In this document: positions 24,575-32,000 of the stretch, in pieces
Layout of the letters: every line of letters begins with the position of its first letter
Numbering within the stretch: the stretch's first letter is position 1
From: Candidatus Electrothrix sp. GW3-4
GTDB lineage: Bacteria; Desulfobacterota; Desulfobulbia; Desulfobulbales; Desulfobulbaceae
DNA: 32,000 bases
Assembly: GCF_037902255.1 (NCBI RefSeq)
Contig: NZ_CP147990.1
Location: forward strand, 4,290,001 to 4,322,000
Direction of reading: 5' to 3'
Made by a program: the position numbers and the translations under genes
The notes under the pieces: generated by a model
Seen by the model: only the letters and a program-made list of their open reading frames with translations
What the model was told of the DNA's origin: nothing
Database searches by the model: none

Positions 24575-27500
24575 CTACTCCACCCCACTCACAATCACCA
24601 TGCCAACCCCACCTCGGGCCCGGTACTCGGGTCGATACATGGCCTCAACCTCCACCGGAGGCAGGGTGTAGATACCCGGCGTCACCGCCCGGACCAGATA
24701 GGCTGACTGGAACCTGCTCATCTTCTTGTTCCCTTCAACCCTGGGTAGGGACTTGGTGTCAAAGGCCGCTATAAAACGGTCGTCCCGTGCATCAACATAC
24801 TCGTTAGTGGTGAGCTGCTCCTTGAGCCAGCTAAAGGCTGTGTCGCGTTCAGTAATGGGCCGTTCGATCTCAAAGCCCGCAGGCAGCAGATCAACCAACA
24901 GGGCCTGGAAATCGGACCCGGTTTTCACCTCGCCCTGGAGGGTCACCACCATCAGCTCACCCTGCTGGATGGCATCCACTGGCATAGGTTCCCCATCGGT
25001 CGTATACCAGTCCCGGAACACCGTGAAGCCGTTTTCCACCGGTGCAGGTGTCTCAATGGGCGAGCCTTGCAGGGTGGTCACCAGCCAGACCGCCTTGTCT
25101 CCCTTATTAGTGATGGTGACCGGGCTGTTCAGCAGGGCCTTTCCCTCCCGTTGCAGGGCAAAGAAGGTGCTCGGCTCTGGCCGCGTTTCTTCATCCTCTT
25201 GTGGAGGAGCTGCCGCCTCTATTGGCGGCTGTTCGGTGCTATCAAAGCTCAGAACAGCCTTGATCCTGGCCAGTAGGGAAGGTTTCTCCTTTTCCTTTTT
25301 CTTGGGTTTTGCAGGGGCCTTTTCCGCGATATCCAGATCAAGGGGGCTGCTCGGCTCAAGGGTCAGGGAGGCCATGATCAGCCAGGCCTGTTCCTGGGTG
25401 GAGAGGTATTTCTCCTGGGCAAACAGGCGGGTCAGCTCCTGCCAGGCCGGGGCTGGATCGACTTCCGTGACCCCGGAGTCAGCAATGACATGGATAATGC
25501 CTGCCAGATCACGGAGACGTGAGCCATAGTTGCGCCAGCTGGAGGCAGGATCGCCGTTTGCCTGTTCCATCGCCGCCTTCAGGCCCTTGGTCGCCCGCGA
25601 TCGATCTCCCAACAGGGCTAGGGCGCCAGCAAGTTGGGCCTTAGCCAAGGGGGAAGGGATCTTCTGAAACCAGGTGTCAAAGAGATAACGGGCATCCTCA
25701 TGTCGGCCCTGTCCGGTCCGGGCCAGTACCCAATGGGCATAGGCCAGCGGGGCCAGATCCTGCACCTGGGGATTATTGGCATTCTTGACCTGATCGGTCA
25801 GCCAGAGCATCCCCTTTCTATAAAAATACTCCGGTACCGCATAGCCCTTTTCCTGGGCCCGACTGAGGAAATCCAGGGCATAGGCAGAGAGCCAAGGCTT
25901 AACACTCCCGCTGTCCCACCAGAGGGAAAAGCTGCCATCCCCCCGTTGCTTCTGGAGGATTCGATCAATGGCCTCCTGCACCCGGCCAGGCAGGTCCTTA
26001 TCCAGGGGCGCGGCAAAGCGTTCCGCCAGCAGGTTGGCAGAGAGCAGGGGCAGGGCCCGGCTGGTCAGCTGTTCCAGGCAACCGTAGGGATAGCGATCAA
26101 GCTGGCTCAATAAACCGGGTACATCCAGATTGGGCGAGCTGGAGATCGTTAAACCCACCTTGGCGGTTTCCGGGAACAGGCCTGTGAGCGTTTTCTTATC
26201 CAGGATAACCGACTCGCCGGGATCAAGCTTGGCAGAGCGACGCTCCAGAGTGGGCAGGTATTTACCCCGCACATTGAGGGGAAAGTCTCCGCTATAGGTA
26301 TACCCCTCCGGTCCCTTGACCTGGACATGGAGGCTGCCCGCACCGATTGTATCTGCCCGCACCGGGAAGCGCAGGTTCTCCCGTTTGCCCGGCGCAAGGT
26401 CGATGATGACAGGGGGCTCTCCTCCCTCTGTCCCCTCAGTGTCCATGGCCACAGCCCCTTTGGCTGTCCAGGCGACCTGGTACTCGCCTGTTGGGCCGTC
26501 GATGTTTTCCAGCAGAAGCTGGATGCTGGATTCATCACCCTGGGCCAGGTAGCGGGGCAGGGCCGGGGAGACCACCACCGGATTATTGATCTGCATATCA
26601 CGGCTGGCTGAGCCCAGTTTGTCCTGGGACCAGGCCACGCTCATGAGACGCACTCTGCCGTTGAAGTCAGGGATCTCCAGGGGAACTGTGGCCATGCCAT
26701 CCTCTCCGGCCTGGACCACCCCGGAAAAGAGGGAGACCACCTTGATGTTGGACTCAGGGGCACCGCGGAGCCCGTTTTCACCGGCACCGCTGCGCAGGAC
26801 AAGGGGCTTGCTCTCTGGCGGGGCGATCAGCTGTCCGTAGAGATCGCGAACCTCCAGACCCAGTTGCTGTTTATTAAAGAACCAGGCCAGTGGGTCTGGC
26901 GAGACAAAATTGGTGAGACGCAGGACGCCGTCATCCACCGCAGCCAGGGTCAGATGCACTGTTTCACCGGGGACAGCATCTTTAATCTCCACCGGCACCT
27001 TGAGGGTCTGGCGGGGATGAATTTTATCCGGGGTCTTAATGGCGACCTGGAGGCGCTGGGCAGCCGGATCAACATTGAGCCAGACCAGACCTACGGCTCG
27101 ATCTGCGCCCTTCTTCTGATCCTTACCAGGCCGGTAGACCGTGACCAAGGCATAGACACCTGCGCCCCAGTCCGCTTTGACCGGGATCTCCAGGGCATCC
27201 TCTCCCTCAGCAAGGGAGAGGTTCTTGGCATCGTGGATGGAGCTATTGGCCAGAATCAGACTTGCCTGGCCTGGGTACGGTGATTTAATGGTCAGCCGGG
27301 CCGTCTCGCCGACTTGGTATTGCTGTCGATCCAGCTCCACCTTGACCGCATCCGGGGTGTCGCTCTGGCCGATGAGCTGTTCGCCTGCGGTAAAACGAAA
27401 GGCCGTGACCAGTTCTGCCTCCTTATTGAGCAGTTCCAGCCGATACACACCCCGAGCAACGGGCAGGGCCAGGGGGAGCTCCCCGGTCTTTTTCCAACTG

Positions 27501-29956
27501 ACTTGATCCCGTGCTTCTTCGTGATCACGGACGATCCGCTCGTAGCCCCAGTTTCCGTCCTTCTGGAACCACTGGTAATCAACCTCTTCCCGGATAAGCC
27601 GGTAGCTGAGGGAGCCTTTTTCCTGGGGCAGGCCCTTGCTGTCCAGGGCAATGAGCGAGAATTTTGCCGTGCTGTCGGCCTGGACTTGTTCATCCTGGAA
27701 GCCCGGTTGCACGCCCAGATATTCTGGGAGATGTCGCACCGGCACCCCGGTGGTCGCAGCAACGGTTCTGCCATCAATGTCCATGACCTCGGCCTGGACC
27801 ACGGCCTTGAGGGGCTGGCGGGTGGTCTCCTGCTGGCCGTTGAGTTGCAGGACCAGGGTACCGCGTCCCTGGGCATCGGTTCGGATGTCCGGGAGCTCAA
27901 TTTCTCCGATACCCGGTTCTTCGCCTGCCCTGCCAAAGAAGAAATTGGCAAAATCAGCAAAGGGATGGGGATCATACTGGAGTCGCATCCGGGCCTGAAC
28001 CCGCAGGTCCGAGCCTGGCGAACCGTAGAGGTAATCGGCCTGGACCACGGCCTTGGCTCCTTCCTTGGGGGTCAGGATGCCCTCGGGCTCCATGCGGGCC
28101 TCCAGGCGAGGTGGTTTAAAGGATTTGACCAGGAAGCTGACCTGGCCCACGGATTTTTCCTTCACATCCAGGTAGAGGGCGGCGGTCCAGGAACCGGAAC
28201 GGGCCGAGTCGGGCAGGTTGATGGTCTCGCTATAGCCGCCAGCAGCGTCGGGCTGAAGGATTCGTTCCAGCTTGATCTTGGCATTGGGGCCTTTCAGGCG
28301 CAGGGTCAGGGGCGGTGCATCGATGGCCCGGCCTAACTCATCTCGTACCAGGGCCACCACGTTAACGGTTTCCCCAGGGCGATAGATCCCCCGCTCGGTG
28401 TAGACAAAGGCATCCACCGGGCCTGGGGCAGCGCGTCCGCCCACCCCCCGGTCACTGAAGTCAAAGGGGGCCTGTTGGAGCTGGAGAAAGGTGAATCCCT
28501 GTCTGCTGTCCATGGAGACTAACTGCACAGCGGCCTGACCGCCCTTGCCGCGCAGCAGACCTGGGGCAAAACGGACCAGGCCTTTTTCATCTGTGGTTAG
28601 GGTGCCCAGCGGGGTATTATTACGGGCAGTAAGGGTGATATCTACCCCGGCCAGGGGCAGGGCCGTGTCCAGGCTGCGGGCCATGACCGTCAGTCCGTCA
28701 TTGCCCTGATAGGTGGTGAGGCCGATATTGGTCTTGACCAGCCATTGACTGGCTGCTCCCTGCCAGCGTTTCGGTGTGGTGTTGCCGTCCTCGGCAATGA
28801 GGATGTAGAGGCCAGGGGCGGCAATGGCCTGCTTGGGCAGGGCCAGGTCACTGACCTTTTTCTCATCCTCGTTCGCCGTGATACCTGTTGTCCCCTCCCA
28901 AACCAGCTCGCCCTCCCGGTTTTTGATGGTCTCCAGCTCGTACTCATTGAGCTTGCGGCGAAAGGCATTGCTGACAAATTCCCCCAGGATATTCCGTTCA
29001 TGGATACGATAGAGACGCAGCTTGACCTTGTTCACATTGACGGTATGCAGCCCCACAGCCCCAGAGGCATCAGCCAGGATATAATCGTTTTGGTTGAACC
29101 AGAGCTGAGACGGACTATGGCCGGTGGCAATGTTGAAAGCCGCTGTGTCCATGAGCTCCCTGTTCCGGCCTTTCAGCCCCTTGCGCAGGGTGACCTCATA
29201 GGTGGTGCCGTAGGATGCCCCGCCAATGCAGAGTTTATGGTATTCGACATAGAAATCTGCGTTCAGGGCGGGAGAGACCCGGACATAATCGCCATAATGG
29301 GCCTGCTCCGGGTTGAGCAGATCGTCATTGACTCCGATACAGAGCCGGGGATGGCCAGAGCTGCTATCTGCGGTGTAGCTCTGGATGAGCAGCTTTCGGT
29401 CCTCATTCTGCTTGATCCGCAGCCGGGCCAGCCTTTCTGCATTCTCAGGGCTGCTCTTCAGCTTATTGAGGCGCTCATAGAAGTCAATGGCAACCGGGGT
29501 CCAATTATGGTAGGAGGTGGTGCGTTTTTCCAGGGCCATAGCGGTGAGCAAGAGGGCCTCTGCCCGCAGGGCATCGCTATTCGCCGCAGTATTTATAGCT
29601 GCATAGGCCAGCCAGCCGCTCTGACTGGCCCGTTTCCAGTCCTTGGCGCAGCTGCTTGCCCTTGCCACGGCAAGCCAGAGCTCGGCATCGGGTTGGCCAG
29701 AAAAGAGGGCTGCCTGCCGATACAGAGGGATGGCGGCAGCGCATTGTCGCGCCCCGACCATGACATCTGCGGCCCGGCGGAGGAGGTCCGCTTCCTGAGG
29801 CTTAGGAGGCAGGTTACCCCTGGCCGTATAGAGTGGCGTAAGTTTGCTGGCTTCCTTACCTAGGGTAATGAGGGTGTAGTCCTTGGCCTGGCCAGTGCCC
29901 GCGAAAAGCACGGCCTGGAGAAGAAGGAGTGCTAGTGCAAGGAGAGTCTTGTTCAT
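24575..29956 (-). CDS. alpha-2-macroglobulin family protein, thioester-containing (YfhM-like)
   Basis: ~1793 aa. The thioester motif GCLEQ is at 26069-26083 (YPYGCLEQLTS). It has a long series of MG-type beta domains. I prefer the start at MNKTLLALALLLLQAVLFAGTGQA (ATG 29956, GGAG upstream). This is a Sec-type signal with no lipobox Cys. Confidence 0.9.
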   Translation of the reverse strand: MNKTLLALALLLLQAVLFAGTGQAKDYTLITLGKEASKLTPLYTARGNLPPKPQEADLLRRAADVMVGARQCAAAIPLYRQAALFSGQPDAELWLAVARASSCAKDWKRASQSGWLAYAAINTAANSDALRAEALLLTAMALEKRTTSYHNWTPVAIDFYERLNKLKSSPENAERLARLRIKQNEDRKLLIQSYTADSSSGHPRLCIGVNDDLLNPEQAHYGDYVRVSPALNADFYVEYHKLCIGGASYGTTYEVTLRKGLKGRNRELMDTAAFNIATGHSPSQLWFNQNDYILADASGAVGLHTVNVNKVKLRLYRIHERNILGEFVSNAFRRKLNEYELETIKNREGELVWEGTTGITANEDEKKVSDLALPKQAIAAPGLYILIAEDGNTTPKRWQGAASQWLVKTNIGLTTYQGNDGLTVMARSLDTALPLAGVDITLTARNNTPLGTLTTDEKGLVRFAPGLLRGKGGQAAVQLVSMDSRQGFTFLQLQQAPFDFSDRGVGGRAAPGPVDAFVYTERGIYRPGETVNVVALVRDELGRAIDAPPLTLRLKGPNAKIKLERILQPDAAGGYSETINLPDSARSGSWTAALYLDVKEKSVGQVSFLVKSFKPPRLEARMEPEGILTPKEGAKAVVQADYLYGSPGSDLRVQARMRLQYDPHPFADFANFFFGRAGEEPGIGEIELPDIRTDAQGRGTLVLQLNGQQETTRQPLKAVVQAEVMDIDGRTVAATTGVPVRHLPEYLGVQPGFQDEQVQADSTAKFSLIALDSKGLPQEKGSLSYRLIREEVDYQWFQKDGNWGYERIVRDHEEARDQVSWKKTGELPLALPVARGVYRLELLNKEAELVTAFRFTAGEQLIGQSDTPDAVKVELDRQQYQVGETARLTIKSPYPGQASLILANSSIHDAKNLSLAEGEDALEIPVKADWGAGVYALVTVYRPGKDQKKGADRAVGLVWLNVDPAAQRLQVAIKTPDKIHPRQTLKVPVEIKDAVPGETVHLTLAAVDDGVLRLTNFVSPDPLAWFFNKQQLGLEVRDLYGQLIAPPESKPLVLRSGAGENGLRGAPESNIKVVSLFSGVVQAGEDGMATVPLEIPDFNGRVRLMSVAWSQDKLGSASRDMQINNPVVVSPALPRYLAQGDESSIQLLLENIDGPTGEYQVAWTAKGAVAMDTEGTEGGEPPVIIDLAPGKRENLRFPVRADTIGAGSLHVQVKGPEGYTYSGDFPLNVRGKYLPTLERRSAKLDPGESVILDKKTLTGLFPETAKVGLTISSSPNLDVPGLLSQLDRYPYGCLEQLTSRALPLLSANLLAERFAAPLDKDLPGRVQEAIDRILQKQRGDGSFSLWWDSGSVKPWLSAYALDFLSRAQEKGYAVPEYFYRKGMLWLTDQVKNANNPQVQDLAPLAYAHWVLARTGQGRHEDARYLFDTWFQKIPSPLAKAQLAGALALLGDRSRATKGLKAAMEQANGDPASSWRNYGSRLRDLAGIIHVIADSGVTEVDPAPAWQELTRLFAQEKYLSTQEQAWLIMASLTLEPSSPLDLDIAEKAPAKPKKKEKEKPSLLARIKAVLSFDSTEQPPIEAAAPPQEDEETRPEPSTFFALQREGKALLNSPVTITNKGDKAVWLVTTLQGSPIETPAPVENGFTVFRDWYTTDGEPMPVDAIQQGELMVVTLQGEVKTGSDFQALLVDLLPAGFEIERPITERDTAFSWLKEQLTTNEYVDARDDRFIAAFDTKSLPRVEGNKKMSRFQSAYLVRAVTPGIYTLPPVEVEAMYRPEYRARGGVGMVIVSGVE

Positions 29957-30239
29957 GGGAGGCTCCATTGAGAAACAGGGGGAAACGGTTCGGGCTACGC
30001 TTGGGACAGCAGGGAAGTGCTGTTTTACTGTCTTATAGTGGAGCCCTGTTGCTTTACACTGAGAAAATGGGTGCGTATGTCTTGATATTATTTTCTTAAA
30101 CACAGCAGGAGGGGCTTGGCAAGGACAAAATGCCTTGCAGACCATATGGGGCATAGGAGAGGCAGGCAGGAAAACAAGAGCCTGTCTTATCTGTACTGTT
30201 ATGACCTCTCCTTTTCTCTCCCCAAGAAATTAATCGCTT

Positions 30240-30277
30240 GCTACCCCCTATGAATATTGCTACCCCCTATGAATATT
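30240..30277. repeat. perfect tandem duplication of the 19-bp unit GCTACCCCCTATGAATATT
   Basis: Unit 1 is 30240-30258 and unit 2 is 30259-30277, and they are identical. The repeat lies in the divergent intergenic region between the alpha-2-macroglobulin gene and the acr3 side. Confidence 0.85.
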
Positions 30278-30347
30278 TATGCCATAAGATACCTGCTCCT
30301 CACTCTTTTCAGAGGAAAACGTATTATAGTGGTTAACAGGAGGAAAT

Positions 30348-30464
30348 ATGGATAAGATACGGTTATATTGCTGGCAGTTTGCCAACTGCAATCGTGAGCC
30401 CGGAGGCGAGAAGAGCTCATTCCCAGGTAAGCAAAGGATGGGGTCTGTTGTGATGATTTTATGA
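30348..30464 (+). CDS. 38-codon micro-ORF with a two-CW-like N-terminal motif
   Basis: AGGAGG lies 5 nt upstream of the ATG. The peptide is MDKIRLYCWQFANCNREPGGEKSSFPGKQRMGSVVMIL. CWxFxxCxREPGG resembles the first half of the two-CW domain (recalled as NCWEFKKCGREPGG). It ends 39 nt before the acr3 ATG. Confidence 0.35.
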   Translation: MDKIRLYCWQFANCNREPGGEKSSFPGKQRMGSVVMIL

Positions 30465-30503
30465 GAAAAATATTGTTGACCAGTCGTGGTTGAGGAGGAG
30501 ATT

Positions 30504-31616
30504 ATGGCGGAGAAGAAACTCTCTTTTTTTGAGCGCTACCTGAGCGTCTGGGTGCTGCTCTGTATCGGAGGCGGTATCCTGCTGGGCAAGGCTGTACCGG
30601 AAGCCGCAGCGGCCTTGAATGGTTTTGCTGTTTATCAGGTATCCATCCCCATTGCTGTCTGTCTTTTTTTTATGATGTACCCCATCATGGTCAAGATCGA
30701 CTTTGCCCAGGTGCTGCGCTCAGCCAGGACACCTAAACCGGTGCTAATGACCCTCTTTATCAACTGGGCCATTAAGCCCTTTACCATGTTTGCCATTGCC
30801 TATTTCTTTTTGGGCTATCTGTTCAGGGGGTTCCTGCCCGGCACAGAAGTGCTGGCCAACGGTGAAGAAGTGGAGTTGTGGCGGAGTTATATTGCCGGGG
30901 CCATTCTGCTGGGTATTGCCCCCTGTACCGCCATGGTGCTGATGTGGGGCTATCTTGCCAAGGGCAATGACGGCCTGACCCTGGTCATGGTGGCGATCAA
31001 CTCGCTGATGATGCTCCTGCTCTACGGGCCCCTGGGCGGCCTGCTGCTCAATGTCAATGCCATGCCTGTTCCCTGGCAGACCATGCTCTTGTCGGTGGCA
31101 ATCTATGTTGCCTTTCCCTTATTGGCAGGCTACCTGACCCGGAAGTGGATCATCAGCCGCAAGGGGATAGACTGGTTTAATGCAAAGTTCCTCCATCGCC
31201 TGACCCCGGTCAGTATAACCGCCCTGCTCTTTACCTTGGTACTGTTGTTCTCCTTTAAGGGGGAGATCATCATCGCTAACCCCCTCACCATTGTCTGGAT
31301 TGCCATCCCGCTCTTTGTCCAGACTATTGTCATCTTTGTCCTGGGCTATTTTGTCCTGGCCCGGTGGCTGGGGCTTTCCTACCAGGATGCAGCACCTGCT
31401 GCCCTGATCGGGGCCTCAAACCATTTTGAGGTGGCCATCGCAACAGCGGTTATCCTCTTTGGCTTATCCTCTGGTGCGGCTTTAGCCACAGTGGTGGGGG
31501 TACTGATAGAGGTGCCGCTGATGCTCATGTTGGTGGCTGTCTGTAAACGTACAGCGCACCTTTTTGGTGAGGGCGATCGGGATGAATCCCCTTATATGGC
31601 CAAACCAACGGAATAG
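30504..31616 (+). CDS. acr3: ACR3 family arsenite efflux transporter
   Basis: [29 protein letters not shown], the conserved Cys context GIAPCTAMV, and ~10 TM helices. GAGGAGGAG precedes the ATG at 30504. Confidence 0.9.
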   Translation: MAEKKLSFFERYLSVWVLLCIGGGILLGKAVPEAAAALNGFAVYQVSIPIAVCLFFMMYPIMVKIDFAQVLRSARTPKPVLMTLFINWAIKPFTMFAIAYFFLGYLFRGFLPGTEVLANGEEVELWRSYIAGAILLGIAPCTAMVLMWGYLAKGNDGLTLVMVAINSLMMLLLYGPLGGLLLNVNAMPVPWQTMLLSVAIYVAFPLLAGYLTRKWIISRKGIDWFNAKFLHRLTPVSITALLFTLVLLFSFKGEIIIANPLTIVWIAIPLFVQTIVIFVLGYFVLARWLGLSYQDAAPAALIGASNHFEVAIATAVILFGLSSGAALATVVGVLIEVPLMLMLVAVCKRTAHLFGEGDRDESPYMAKPTE

Positions 31617-31628
31617 GAGGGGGGCGTT

Positions 31629-31883
31629 TTACTCGTAAAGGGTTGCCCCAATGAGCATGTCTGCGAATAGCTGCCAACTGGGAGTGTCGGCATTGATGTC
31701 CTCTCCATTTCTTTGCAAAGAGCCAGGAAGATCTTCAGTGTACCATGTCAATGCCTCAAGAAAGTTTTCCAGGGTTTCGTTTTCCCAGGTGGATCTTTCA
31801 TGCAGGTAGGTGTGATAAAGAAAACGGAGAAAACGAACAAAATCTTCTCGGGTCTTAATGTTGCTGGTGTCGTAATTGATCAT
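31629..31883 (-). CDS. small hypothetical protein
   Basis: 84 aa, all-alpha. I recall the motif WENETLENFLEALTWYTED...WQLFADMLIGATLYE from small immunity-like proteins; the family name is uncertain. It is convergent with acr3, 12 nt apart. Confidence 0.55.
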   Translation of the reverse strand: MINYDTSNIKTREDFVRFLRFLYHTYLHERSTWENETLENFLEALTWYTEDLPGSLQRNGEDINADTPSWQLFADMLIGATLYE

Positions 31884-32000
31884 AGTGCACTGTGGCTAAT
31901 TGGTAGGGGTAATCATGTCCTAAGTAAGGGTTTGCTGATGATTGCATAAAACGTGCCTCGTCCTTTCATGCCTTAATGAGCGTCCATATCCCGATAGCAA

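Noticed and set aside
24726-29863. Several long plus-strand ORFs (24726..25529, 27314..28336, 28745..29863 and others) lie antisense to the alpha-2-macroglobulin gene.
   Set aside because: They are shadow ORFs of a long GC-rich gene. Their sequences are Arg/Gly/Pro/Ser-rich and low-complexity, with no motifs and no start signals. The minus-strand product has clear family motifs throughout.
29957-30154. A 66-codon N-terminal extension of the alpha-2-macroglobulin ORF.
   Set aside because: The signal peptide starts at the internal MNKTLLAL, which has a GGAG upstream. The extension is Cys/Pro-rich and does not look like protein.
30240-30277. The 19-bp tandem repeat, considered as a mini CRISPR array.
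   Set aside because: The two units are directly adjacent with no spacers, and no cas genes or further repeats are present.
1-32000. A search by eye for tRNA, rRNA, tmRNA, riboswitch-like leaders and CRISPR arrays.
   Set aside because: I recognised no cloverleaf-compatible segments, conserved rRNA blocks, or regularly spaced repeats. A covariance-model scan (tRNAscan-SE or Infernal) would be needed to exclude small RNAs formally.

Overview
This is a 32 kb chromosomal window. Most of it is coding sequence of moderately high GC, with a few visibly AT-rich accessory patches. The gene content suggests an anaerobic Gram-negative, possibly Desulfobacterota-like, but that is inference only. From left to right: (1) An AT-rich block of small secreted and membrane proteins, including a YqaE/Pmp3 proteolipid and a transglutaminase-like membrane protein. 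(2) A 1503-bp IS with perfect 23-bp terminal inverted repeats and a 9-bp target site duplication; its ISKra4/ISLre2-like transposase is split over several frames. (3) argD, argB and ychF on the minus strand, with a REP-like palindromic element between argB and ychF. (4) A Cys-rich membrane protein transcribed divergently from a translationally coupled set of ACP, ketosynthase, Cys-less KS-like protein and B12-binding radical SAM enzyme. This lipid-type cluster carries two apparent frame breaks. (5) A 3.7-kb insert, AT-rich at its left end, encoding a Zn-ribbon protein, a CPBP protease flanked by ~55-bp direct repeats, and an AAA-ATPase-like/PD-(D/E)XK protein. (6) A CrtI-like FAD oxidoreductase that probably belongs to the same lipid cluster. 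(7) recD. (8) A CXXCH lipoprotein with a clean promoter and terminator. (9) Four orphan genes. (10) A ~1793-aa thioester-type alpha-2-macroglobulin with no pbpC partner. (11) An ACR3 arsenite pump preceded by a perfect 19-bp tandem repeat and a 38-codon two-CW-like micro-ORF. I saw no rRNA, tRNA or CRISPR array. All family assignments come from motif recognition by eye; no searches were run.
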